Source: Lama guanicoe (taxonomy: Eukaryota). Taken from it: DNA of 33,831 bases. The translations under genes were made by a program, and so were the position numbers. The DNA lies in NCBI GenBank assembly GCA_013239625.1, contig MU054129.1, forward strand, positions 3,782-37,612. Reading direction: 5' to 3'. The notes beneath the pieces were generated by a model. That model ran no database searches. It was not told where the DNA came from and saw only the letters and a program-made list of their open reading frames with translations. Every line of letters starts with the position of its first letter. Position 1 is the stretch's first letter. This document shows positions 24,423 through 33,831 of the stretch, piece after piece.

Positions 24423-24646
24423 GTAAGTCTAAACCAAGTTTAGCTGCTGTCTTGGGGGTGATTTAGAACCTGCTGTTGAATTATCAGTGATTTGGTTTGG
24501 TTGGTTTGGTTTGGTTTTTAAAAGCTGCCCATGAAAAGGAAAAAAGAGAAAGAAAAGAAATATGCCTACAGATTCCTGTTAGGATAGTAAACAGTGGCTG
24601 GTTAGTTACCCTGTATAAACCACACGCTCTCTTAGAATCTTTTTAG

Positions 24647-24764
24647 GTTTACTTCATCCTTTCTCAGATCAAGTATCAAGTAAAGGACACTGTTAAAAAA
24701 AAAATTTGGGATTAATAGGCTTGTGAGCTCCAGGATCTGCAAGGCAGCTTTCCCTCCCCATGGT
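24647..24764 (+). pseudogene. ANO6: ANO6-like exon (~exon 6), 118 nt, +4 expansion in an A10 run (24695-24704)
   Basis: VYFILSQIKYQVKDTVKK/FGINRLVSSRICKAAFPPHG versus human VYFILSRVKYQVINNVSKFGINRLVNSGIYKAAFPLHD. tttag acceptor and gtaagt donor (114 nt expected). Confidence 0.93.
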
Positions 24765-24884
24765 GTAAGTCAAATGGCAGAAATGAAATAAAGCATCTCA
24801 TGTCTCCTCAGGTGTTCACAGGAAAAGGCTAATCTTCTTGACCTTGTTTCTTCCTGGGAAAAATGAAGATAATATGTCAGGAGG

Positions 24885-24980
24885 CGACAAGCTCATTTAA
24901 GGCAGGCACCATGTTGCCTTGTTCACTGCTGAATCCCAGGCACCGGGAAGGCTGAGTTTAATGAGTGAATGAATGAACTG
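24885..24980 (+). mobile_element. L2 3' end fragment
   Basis: caagctcatttaaggcaggcaccatgttgccttgttcactgctgaatcccaggcacc...gagtgaatgaatgaa. Confidence 0.65.
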
Positions 24981-25009
24981 TAGTTCTCCCAGAGTTACCA
25001 TGTGGGACA

Positions 25010-25425
25010 GTGACGATTAGCAGCTAAGAGCATAGACTCGAGAGGGGAGGGTACAGCTCAAGTGATGGGGTGCATGCTTAGCAACCATAAGGTCCTGGGT
25101 TCAGCCCCCAACACCTCCTCTAAAATAGACAAATAACCCTAATTACCTCCCCACCCCCCACCAGAATTACCTTATTATCTCCCCACCACCAAAAAAAAAA
25201 AAAAAGAGAAGTGGCCAAGAGTGTAGACTCAAGCTGGAATACCTGTGCTGGTTTCTCCCTGTCGACCATGTAAATGTTATTTAGCCTCTGTGTTTATCAA
25301 GTTCCTCATCAATAAAATGGGGATAATTTTAGTACCCACCTCGTAGAGTTGCTGTGGGGATTAATGAATCTGTGTCAATGTTAGAATAGCCCTGGCTAAT
25401 ATTAAGTACTATGCATCTGTCAGCT
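25010..25425 (+). mobile_element. MIR SINE interrupted by a younger SINE
   Basis: taagagcatagactc...tttagcctctgtgtttatcaagttcctcatcaataaaatggggataattttagtacccacctcgtagagttgctgtggggattaa. Confidence 0.8.
25044..25209 (+). mobile_element. tRNA-derived camelid-type SINE (Vic-1-like) with TSD
   Basis: ggggagggtacagctcaagtg...gcatgcttagc...aaggtcctgggttcagccccca then poly(A). TSD aagagcatagactcgag (25026-25042) and aagagtgtagactcaag (25217-25233). Confidence 0.85.
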
Positions 25426-26966
25426 CTTTTCATAATTACTGACAGATGTTATTATCGACCAAAGAAGTATTATTTCTTTGTAATGGAAATGCATGTTAGA
25501 CCATTTGATTTATCATTTTCTGTAATTCAGGCTTTTCCCTCTGAAATACCATTTTCTGTCTGCACTGGAAAGCCACAGGACTTTCCAAATTTCATCTGTC
25601 TGGGTTCTTGTCATGATGGCAATACTGCAGAGAGTTGACATTTTTTAGGGACTCCGTCTGAGATGACAGCAACCCCTCAAATTCAGCAGTGCTTCTCTAA
25701 CAGATAACATCTCACTTGAAATTAACTGCTTATAATGTAACAGCTTCAGACGCTTAATGATGGCATAAATGTAAGGATGTTATATCTAAGCTCTTTAAAT
25801 AAATCCTGTCTTGAAATAAAGGAAATACTATATCATAGAGCTCTATGACTTTGTTATCTTTGCTATCTATTTATCTGACTCTAAGACCAAAGAAAGCAAA
25901 TACTGAGATTGATCGTTACTACTGAGTGGTACACGTATTTGTGGATGAAGACAATACTGAAACGCACTGTTTAAGGTATTAAAATGGACAGTAAACAGCT
26001 GCTTGATGTACATGCATGAACACAACAGGGAGCTGGGTGCAGGGAGCAGACACTGAGCTTCCTGGATCCGAGACACAGCATAGCAGTCCAGCCAAGCAGT
26101 CCACATGTTTCATATTTATGTCCCAGCAAAATAAGCAGTGAGAGTCTTAAATGAACTTTGGGGACACTTGCAAACAGCTGTCATGATTACTAATGTGGGA
26201 CACCAGGATTCTACAGTGTTTATTTGGCATCTGCGCACAACCAGTTCTTTTCCACTAAAGCCTGTTGTAATTGCTGGTCCCACATCCAGGCTTAGGAATC
26301 ATCTCATATCGTGTTTGGGAGGGAGGTAAGTGGAGTCAGGACCCATGTTAAGGCTGGGTGGGTAATAATCTGGTTCTAGTACAGGAGAAAGGAAAGTAGG
26401 TCAGGTGGGAAGGAGAATGACTGGATTTAAATTTTGTTTCTTGAGTAAGCTAAATATATAACATCATGTCAAGTTTCTTTGTTGTTTATATTCCATGTGC
26501 TGAAAATAACTACTGTGGGGACAAAAAAGCCTGGGATCTAGAATTGACCCTGCCCCCAACCAGCCAGAGTCCAGCTTCCTCTGGGTGTCCAAGGAGGGGG
26601 CTGGACCGTCAGGTGTCCCTGTACTGCAGTAGTTTGGGCACTTGGGTGGCCTAGTTTTTTTGCTGTGGGAGACTGGTCCGGTTGCAGGACATTAAGCATC
26701 TGCAAGGGTCTCCCCAGGTACCCACAGTGGCCCCAGGACTGTAACATCCAAGCGTTCCTTTCCACCCATATTTGCAAATGACCCTCAAAGGGTTAGTATT
26801 AATCCTGGGTGAGAATTATGAAAAATTATATGGTACCTCCATCCCTTCTGGCAAGTGAAGTCCCCTTATTTACAAATGACCACGAAGTGTTACCACCACA
26901 TTTTATCAACAGAACATGTGACCACGTGGTGATAGTGATGGTCACCTGTTTGCTTCTGCTTCCCAG

Positions 26967-27081
26967 TGCAACTTCAGCCTCCGTCAGAGGACCTCAGCTG
27001 CCCCAGAGAACAGGGCCTTCTGTACAGGGAATGGGCTCCTCCTCAAAGCATAGAGAAGAAGCAGCCCTTAGATCTCCTCAG
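26967..27081 (+). pseudogene. ANO6: ANO6-like exon (~exon 7), 115 nt, -1 frameshift near 26982
   Basis: cccag|TGC...CTCAG|gtgagc reads CNFSL/xSEDLSCPREQGLLYREWAPPQSIEKKQPLDLLR versus human CKFRRQSEDPSCPNERYLLYREWAHPRSIYKKQPLDLIR (116 nt expected). Confidence 0.92.
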
Positions 27082-27149
27082 GTGAGCTGTTGTGGAGAGC
27101 ACTCCAGTGGGAAGGGCTCAGGGTTGCACTCATGGCATTTGAGGTTGAC

Positions 27150-27440
27150 AGTCCTCCAAGAGTGTTACCATCCAGGAAGCTCACAGGAGCTCTAAGCTTT
27201 CTTGCCCCAAGTTTTTACTGGAGGCTTTATAACAAAGACATGATTTATTGGGTCACTACCGACATGGCTAACCCAAATCCTAACTTTAAGTCAAACCTTT
27301 CCTTAGCCCTAACCGCTGAGCCCCTTCCTCTCCTAGTGGTCACTCACTTGTCACAAAGCTCAAAGCCCCACTCCTCTAATCACATGGTTGGTGTCTCTGG
27401 CTGGCCAGTCCCCATCCTGAGTCATCTCATGAACACAAGC
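27150..27440. mobile_element. MER21/MER77-like LTR fragment
   Basis: ccaggaagctc...gtttttactggaggctttataacaaagacatgatt...ctctaatcacatggttggt...cccccatcctgag-like motifs resemble the recalled MER21C consensus. Confidence 0.65.
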
Positions 27441-27689
27441 CATCCAACGTTCCACCATGAACTACCAAATTTTAAACAGGAGTAAATGTTAGATTTCACT
27501 TAAATCATAAAATAAGAGAGAAATTCTCACTGCTTTGCTGTATCTGCTGTTCGACACCGTTTCACTACACCACGTGACTGTACTGTCGCGCTCAGCATGT
27601 GTCTTAGAGCAGCAGTGCCTACTGCTCCACGGGAGCTTATGCTGTTTGGGCAAGGCTGCTGGGGAGAGGGAGGCCAAGGACAACCGAGC

Positions 27690-28260
27690 AAACAAAAATA
27701 ATTGGGCAAATAAGGAAACAATGTCACATTGAAATGAAGGAAATAACACTGTGTTGAGATGGGAGACTTGGGGGGAAGTGAGTCAAGAAAGCTATATTTG
27801 CATAGGTTACATGTGAGCTGAGATGGTGATAAGGAGGCTGGACTTTGAGGATCTGGGAAAAGTCACCCCAGGAATAGAGGCAGCTTGTCCATTGGCCCCG
27901 AGACACAAATGTGCTCAGCAGGTTTGAGGAGATACTGGAGCCAGCGCTGGTGAGAGGGATGAGATGCGAGGCTTAGAAGGGCATCAGGAGCACGGAAAGA
28001 AGTGTAGACTCTAAACGCAGTGAGAAGCAGTCATGGTTGTTTAAGCACTGAAGTAATTTTCTCTCACATTTTGCAAAGATAATGTGGAGAATGAATGGCA
28101 GGGACCCAGGAAGCAGGGAGGCCGGGTAGGAGGCTCTTGGATTGGGCCAGATGAGAGATGGTGGGAGCCAGGGATGAATGCGTTTGGGGAGTGGAACTGA
28201 CAGGATACAGTTATGGGCTGGCTGTGGATTGTGAGGAGAAGAGGAGGGTCAAGGTAGGCC
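27690..28260 (-). mobile_element. L2 relic
   Basis: ggttacatgtgagctgagatggtgataagga...ctaaacgcagtgagaagcagtc...ggaagcagggaggccgggtaggaggct are antisense L2 motifs. Confidence 0.7.
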
Positions 28261-28379
28261 CAGGACGGCCTGGAGCCAGGTGCCTGATCTTCCTAATCTC
28301 AGTGCCCCATGCAGGTGCCCACCTACTTGGGCAAACCTCTTAACCTTCAAAGTGAGGGTTTTAAAACACTGAAGTCTTT

Positions 28380-29200
28380 TTGTTTGTTTCACATTTTATG
28401 GAAAGGTTCAAACATTTACAGAAGTAGAGAGAACAGCACAGCCAGCCTGCCTGTATCAGTCACCCAGCTCCAGAATTATAAACTCAGAGTCACTGTTGTT
28501 GCATCTTTCATCTCCACCTCCTCCCCTCCCCCACTACGGGATCATTTTGAAGACAATCCTACATAGCTTAATCTTTCATTAGTGAAATGACAAGGTCTCT
28601 TTCAAATACAAATGGAATATTCCTTTTTTATTTAGGGTTACAAAGTAATTCCCTGATTGTCACAAAAATACATTCTTAAGTAGTTTTGGGGTTGAAATCG
28701 GGATCCAGACTAGATTGAGACATTGCAACTAGCATATCTCTCAAGTGGGTTCTAATAAAAAATTTTCCTGTTTCTCATTTTCCTTGAAATTCCTGAGGGG
28801 TTTCTCTATTTCCTGTTTAGCTGATTTCATTCCCCCCTGTGGTGTTAGACTTGTTTCTCCATCCTATGTATTTGGTTTAGCTAAGTGATTTGATCCTCCC
28901 CTAAAAGCTTGATCTGATTGAGGTTCAACTTTGTGCAAGAATACTTGTTATGTGAAGTTTTGTACTCCTGTCATAAGGTACATAATTTCCAGTTGACTCT
29001 CTTTTTTGTGATGACAGCAGCCAATAATGATTGTCACCTGGGGTCATTATTTTATAAGGGATTTTATTTCATGTGTTCATACACTAATTTCCTCCTTCAA
29101 TTATCAGCAGGATCACAGTCATGAAGAGGCACTTTCTCCTTAACCTGGGTTATCCTGTAGAACACAGTTTTAAAAGAGGATGTTTGTACATATCTAAATA
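28380..29200 (-). mobile_element. Old L1M (MC/ME-like) 3' relic
   Basis: ttttatggaaaggttcaaacatttacagaagtagagagaacagcacag...cacccagctcc resembles an antisense ancient L1 terminus. Confidence 0.55.
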
Positions 29201-29216
29201 TTTAAAGTTGATACAT

Positions 29217-29324
29217 TTTTCTTTACTTTTTAAATTTTTTTTTCTAATGGAGTTACTGAAGATTGAATCTAGGACCTTATGCATGCTGAGCACACACTCT
29301 GCCACTGAGTGTACCCTATCCACC
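29217..29324 (-). mobile_element. Degenerate tRNA-derived camelid-type SINE
   Basis: T-rich tail then tactgaagattgaatctaggaccttatgcatgctgagcacacactctgccactgag; same family as the other three copies. Confidence 0.75.
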
Positions 29325-29579
29325 TTGAGATTGATATTTATATGATATTTTCCTTTTGTTATTTTTGTTTTGTTATGCAGAGTTTGATGGCAGGGCAATG
29401 GGTTTGACGGCTCTTTTATCATTCTTTATGGGCTTTGGTGTTTGTGTCTGTGTTTGTAAAGAAAACAATTTTCCCACTATTTTAAGTATGTTTTGCTAAG
29501 GAAAATATATTGATCTGTTCCCTGCCCCTGGTCCATGTGTTCCTTTTGTTGCTTCCCACTAGTGGCCCCTTGAGTTCTG

Positions 29580-30250
29580 TGACAAGACTAGCATGTCATT
29601 AATCAAGATTGAAGGAGATCGGAAGAGATTTATTCAAGGAGATGAAATTTGTACACAATGTATTGGAAAGTATTGAGAAAGTTATTCATTAGGGGAAGGT
29701 CTGGGGTTGAATTGTTAAGTGCACAGAAATCTAACCTATGAACCACCAAGACAATTATTAACTCCAGGAAAAACAAAGTAGGGAAGGAAAAAGTAAGCCT
29801 AGCAGCCAACTTGCTACAGCTGTGAACAGTCTGTACAGAGAGTTAATAATGTAAAGCAAGGCTACTGATCTGATCAAAATTATAATGTAATTGTATCAAA
29901 AGGTTGGAAGAATGAAGTTTTGGGTGTGTAGATGAGATGGGGTTTGAAAGAGAGCTTAATCCTCATTTTCCAAAATACAAAGTTAAATAGGTGATACATA
30001 AAGCTGAAAAAGTCAGTAGGCTGCGTTACAAGGATATTAGTCAGAGATAGGGAGTAATTATTCCAGGAGTCAGCAGTAGGAGTTGAACGTGGTTGCTTCT
30101 GGCCAGAAAATGGGGCGGTTGTTGGGAACTGCTCCTTTTTAGAATCGGTGTTCGAGAACTATATGACTCTTTAATGAATGTATGGTATAACTTTGATAAA
30201 AAGAAATCAAAGATGAATTTTGAAAATTTGATATTAAGAATTGGGGTGTT
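29580..30250 (+). mobile_element. Old L1M 3' region relic
   Basis: agaaatctaacctatgaaccacc...aactccaggaaaaacaaa and ttcgagaactatatgactctttaatgaatgtatggtataactttgataaaa. Weak by-eye similarity. Confidence 0.45.
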
Positions 30251-31752
30251 TTTGACAGAGATGGATAACAATCAGACAAAATACATTTGAAGGGATCCTC
30301 ATTATTCCTAGCCTTTCAGCAAGGACTAGGGTGCAGACATCTGTTTAAGGTTCAAAAATTCTGTCTGACCTTCTTACCGACATGTAACCTTTGTAAATAA
30401 TGAACTCCAGTCACTGTTAAAATGCAGGCAGAGGCTGCCTGACCAGCTCTCTAACTGTAGCAGGGTGTGCTTACCATTGGGCAGTTGGAACAGGCAGCTT
30501 CTAACATTCTTTCAGTTTTGAATGTGGCATTTTCAGGACGGAAAGTTGATAAGAATGTATTACAAAAAGCTTAACAAGAAAGAGTCCAAGACATCTCAAA
30601 CCCATTGCCAGGGTTTTCTCTGCCAGACACCATCCTGAGCCTGCCATCTGTGAGCCAGGCCACAAAGCCCAGTCACATGAGAATGAATACACTTTGTCTC
30701 TCCTATCTGATTTGGCATTGGGCTCAGCCCTTTTCCCCATGGAATGGTCCACGCCCAGGTCTCTGATGATGGAGCTGGTCTCACAGCAGCCCTGTGAGCG
30801 CTGGTCCAGCCCAAGGGGTTTCCTGCGTGAAGTTCCCAGGACTCCAGGCTGTTCTCAGAGCTGAGTCCCCCATAGGCTAAGCCCATGGGACTCATCTCAG
30901 CTCCAGACTGAGCCGGAAGCCTCAGAGAGAACTCAGAGCTGAGGAAATCTACAGGTTTTACCCAGCACTGCCGAGTCAGTAATGAGCCAGTTGAGGGAAG
31001 GTTCAGCAACAGCAAGACACACCTGAGCCGCCGTCTGATTGTTCTGCCTCATTCCTAAACCATCTGTGTCTGCCTGTCTGTGTCTGTCTCCCTTTCAGGA
31101 CCAGCCTGGCACCGCTCCATGCCCTACCTCCTTTCTTCTAATCTTGCCTCCCTGGCCTGTTCCATCTACTCCAGATTAGCTGAGAAACATTGAATAGTTT
31201 TTAAAACCTACGAATAACAGACGTGCTAGATACAAAGAATACAGGGCAGTACCATCTTCAGTCACATCCCTCCTGCCCTCTCCCATTCCCACAATGAGAT
31301 TTATAAATATTTTTTCAGAGAGACATTGACTCCCAGTTGTTATCATTATCAGACATTTCCTTATTATCTGCGGTTTACGATGCATTTGCTCCAGGGAAGT
31401 CCCCGAAATAAGGCAGGAGCAGATGACTGAGCCACTTTTTTATGTCCACTTGTGTCAAGCCTGTTAAGAATGAACTTTGTGGGGATTTGTTGAATGTGCC
31501 TGACTGTCCAGTGAGTGGTGATGATCCCCTGCATCTGCTCCAGAGTCGACCTCGTCCCCTCCTTTGCTCTGTTCTCATTTATCTCTCTTCAGCAGGTGAA
31601 CTAGTTATCTGTACTTCTATAATACATAAAATACTTCTTATTTTACGGTAGAATTTGGGGGATGCTATGAAAACGCAAATGTTTTAAGTGTGAATTGAGT
31701 CAGAAGTTTAAACTTAAAGACCCCTTGATTTAGAATCAAAAGTTAATATGAT

Positions 31753-31882
31753 GGAGGGAGGGTATAGCTCAGTGGTAAAGTGCATGCCTAGCATGCATAA
31801 GGTCCCGGCTTCAATCCCCAATACCTCCATTTAAAAACATAAATAAACCTAATTATGCCCCCTCCACAAAAAAAAGAAAAAA
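31753..31882 (+). mobile_element. tRNA-derived camelid-type SINE (Vic-1-like)
   Basis: gggagggtatagctcagtggtaaagtgcatgcctagcatgcataaggtcccggcttcaatccccaatacctcc then an A-rich tail. Imperfect TSD aagttaatatga / aaattaacatga. Confidence 0.88.
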
Positions 31883-31954
31883 GAAATTAACATGAGGATG
31901 AAGTTACAGAGAGATTATGTGTGTCTTCTGAAACTACCTTCTGTCTTTCTGCAG

Positions 31955-32089
31955 GAAATTCTACGGAGGGAAGGTCGGAATCTACTTTGCTTGGCTGGGT
32001 TATTACACTGAGCTGCTCCTCCTGGCAGCAGTCGTGGGGGTGACTTGCTTTCTGTATGGATATTTTAATCAAAATAACTGTACCTGGAG
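31955..32089 (+). pseudogene. ANO6: ANO6-like exon (~exon 8, TM1), 135 nt, frame open
   Basis: ctgcag|GAAA...TGGAG|gtaact reads [45 protein letters not shown] versus human [45 protein letters not shown]. Confidence 0.95.
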
Positions 32090-32117
32090 GTAACTTCTCT
32101 TTATTCCTTGTTACCGT

Positions 32118-33831
32118 GCTTACTTAACTTAGAATGACATTCTCCAGGAGCATCCATGTTGTTGCAAGTGGCCCTATATTTTCAGTGTTTATGGCCGAGT
32201 AGTATTCCATTGTATAAATATACCACTTCTTTAGCCAGTCATCCGTTGATGGACATTTAGGCTGTCTCCATGTCTTTGCTGTTGTAAATAGTGCTGCTAT
32301 GAACATTGGGGTGCAGGTGTCATCCTGAAGTAGGGTTCCTTCAGGATATATGCCCAGGAGTGGGGTTCCTGGGTCATATGGCAAGTCTATTCCTAGTCTT
32401 TTGAGGAAACTCAATACTGTTTTCCACAGTGGCTGCACCAAACTGAATTCCCACCAGAAGTGTAGGAGTTTCCCCTTTCTCCACAGCCTCTCTAGCATTT
32501 GACATTTGTGGATTTTTGAATGATGGCCATTCTGGCTGGTTTGAGGTGATACCTCATTGTAGTTTTGATTTGCATTTCTCTGATAATTAGTGATACTGAG
32601 CCTTTTTTTCTGTGTCCATTGATCATTTGTATGTCTTCCTTAGAGAACTGCTTGTTTAGGTCTTCTGCCGATTTTTGGATTGGGTTATTTTGTTGTTTCT
32701 TATTAAGTCATATGAGCTGCTTATATATTCTGGAAATCAAACCTTTGTCAGTTTCATTTGCAAAAATGTTCTCCCATTCTGTAGGTTGTATTTTTGTTTT
32801 ACTTATGGTGTCCTTTGCTGTGCAGAATCTTGTAAGTTTCTTTAGGTCCCATTTGTTTATTCTTGCTTTTATCTCTATTGCTTGCGTAGACTGCCCTAGG
32901 GGAGCATTTCTGACATGTATGTCAGATATTTTGCCTGTATTTTCTTCTAGGAGGTTTATTGTATCTTGTCTTATGTTTATCTTGCTGAAGAGACTGTCTT
33001 TATTCCATTGTATATTCTTGCCTCCTTTGTCGAAGATTAGTTGACCAAAAGTTTGTGGGTTCATTTCTGGGCTCTCTATTCTGTTCCATTGGTCTATATG
33101 TCTGTTTTTGTACCAATACCATGGTGTCTTGCTGACTGTAACTCTATAGTATTGTCTGAAGTCTGGGAGAGTTATTCCTCCAGGCTCTTTCTTTTTTTCT
33201 TCATTAATGCTCTGGAAATTCTGTCTTTATTGGTTCCATATAAATTTTATTGTGATTTGTTCTAGTTCTATGAAATATGTCCGGGGTAATTTGATAGGGA
33301 TTGCATTAAATCTGTAGATTGCCTTGAGCAGTGTGGCCATTTTAACAATATTGATTCTTGCAATCCAAGAGAATGGGATACTTTTCCATTTTTTAAATTT
33401 TTTTTAATTTCCTTCACCAATGGTTTATAGTTTTCTGTGTATAATTCTCTAACCTTTGTGGTTAGATTTATTCCTAGATATTTTATTACTTTGGGTGCTA
33501 TTTTAAAGGGGGTTGTTTCTTTACTTCTTTTTCTGATTTGTGTAAAGCTACTGATTTTTGAACATTAATCTTGTAACCTGCTACCTTGATAAATCCTTCG
33601 ATCAGCTCTAGTAGCTTTTGTGTGGACCTTTCAGGGTTTTCTAGATATAGTACCATACCATGTGCATGTAGTGACACTTTTACCTCTTCTTTTCCAATTT
33701 AGACCCCTTTTACTTCTCTTACTTGCCTGATTGCTATGGTCAGGACTTCCAAGTCTATGTTGAATAAGAGTGGTGATAGTGGCATCCTTGTCTTGTCCCA
33801 GAATTTAGTGAGAAGCTTTTGAGGTTTTCAC
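32118..33831 (-). mobile_element. Relatively young L1 ORF2 fragment running off the window; 3' UTR absent; internal deletion near 32980
   Basis: Minus-strand ORFs 32124-32498 and 32708-33064 encode L1 ORF2 ([36 protein letters not shown]...TCTPMFIAALFT). Confidence 0.97.

Larger units (their letters stand above)
23195..32089 (+). pseudogene. ANO6: Partial unprocessed (duplicated) anoctamin-6/TMEM16F pseudogene, five consecutive exons (about exons 4-8)
   Basis: Five colinear AG/GT-bounded exons match the recalled human ANO6 N-terminal region through TM1. Four carry frameshifts, and conserved motifs are substituted (HAPW>HPLW, FPLHD>FPPHG, YYGEK>FYGGK). Upstream exons were not found. Confidence 0.92.

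Noticed and set aside
24491..24518. (TTGGT)n short repeat in an ANO6 intron
   Set aside because: Ordinary short microsatellite, not telomeric TTAGGG.
31753..31830. tRNA-like sequence with A and B boxes
   Set aside because: It has a SINE tail and TSD, four diverged copies occur in the window, and no proper acceptor stem is evident, so it is a SINE and not a tRNA gene.
31955..32089. Intact TM1 exon as evidence of residual protein function
   Set aside because: One short indel-free exon out of five is expected by chance, upstream frames are broken, and the conserved E of YGEK is changed to G.
32565..33265. Plus-strand hydrophobic ORFs (159 and 74 aa)
   Set aside because: They are antisense frames of L1 ORF2.

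Overview
This is mammalian genomic DNA, probably from a camelid: it carries four tRNA-derived Vic-1-like SINEs plus young artiodactyl-type L1s. There is no intact protein-coding gene, no prokaryotic system and no CRISPR array. Most of the window is interspersed repeat (L1, L2, MIR, MER2, MER33, LTR fragments), with four N gaps. The main signal is a mosaic of duplicated, intron-containing gene fragments, all on the + strand. (i) A CpG-island promoter-like block (~11.5-12.9 kb) has an NRF1 motif, splice signals and a ~160-bp GC-rich repeat containing an internal inversion. (ii) A diverged copy of KLHL2 exon 2 lies at 21048-21173. (iii) Five consecutive ANO6/TMEM16F exons (about exons 4-8, 23195-32089) follow only 2 kb later; four are frameshifted but all splice dinucleotides are intact. 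Truncated L1s sit at the apparent block junctions. Gene identities come from comparison with human protein sequences recalled from memory, not from a database search. Repeat names and boundaries are by-eye estimates.
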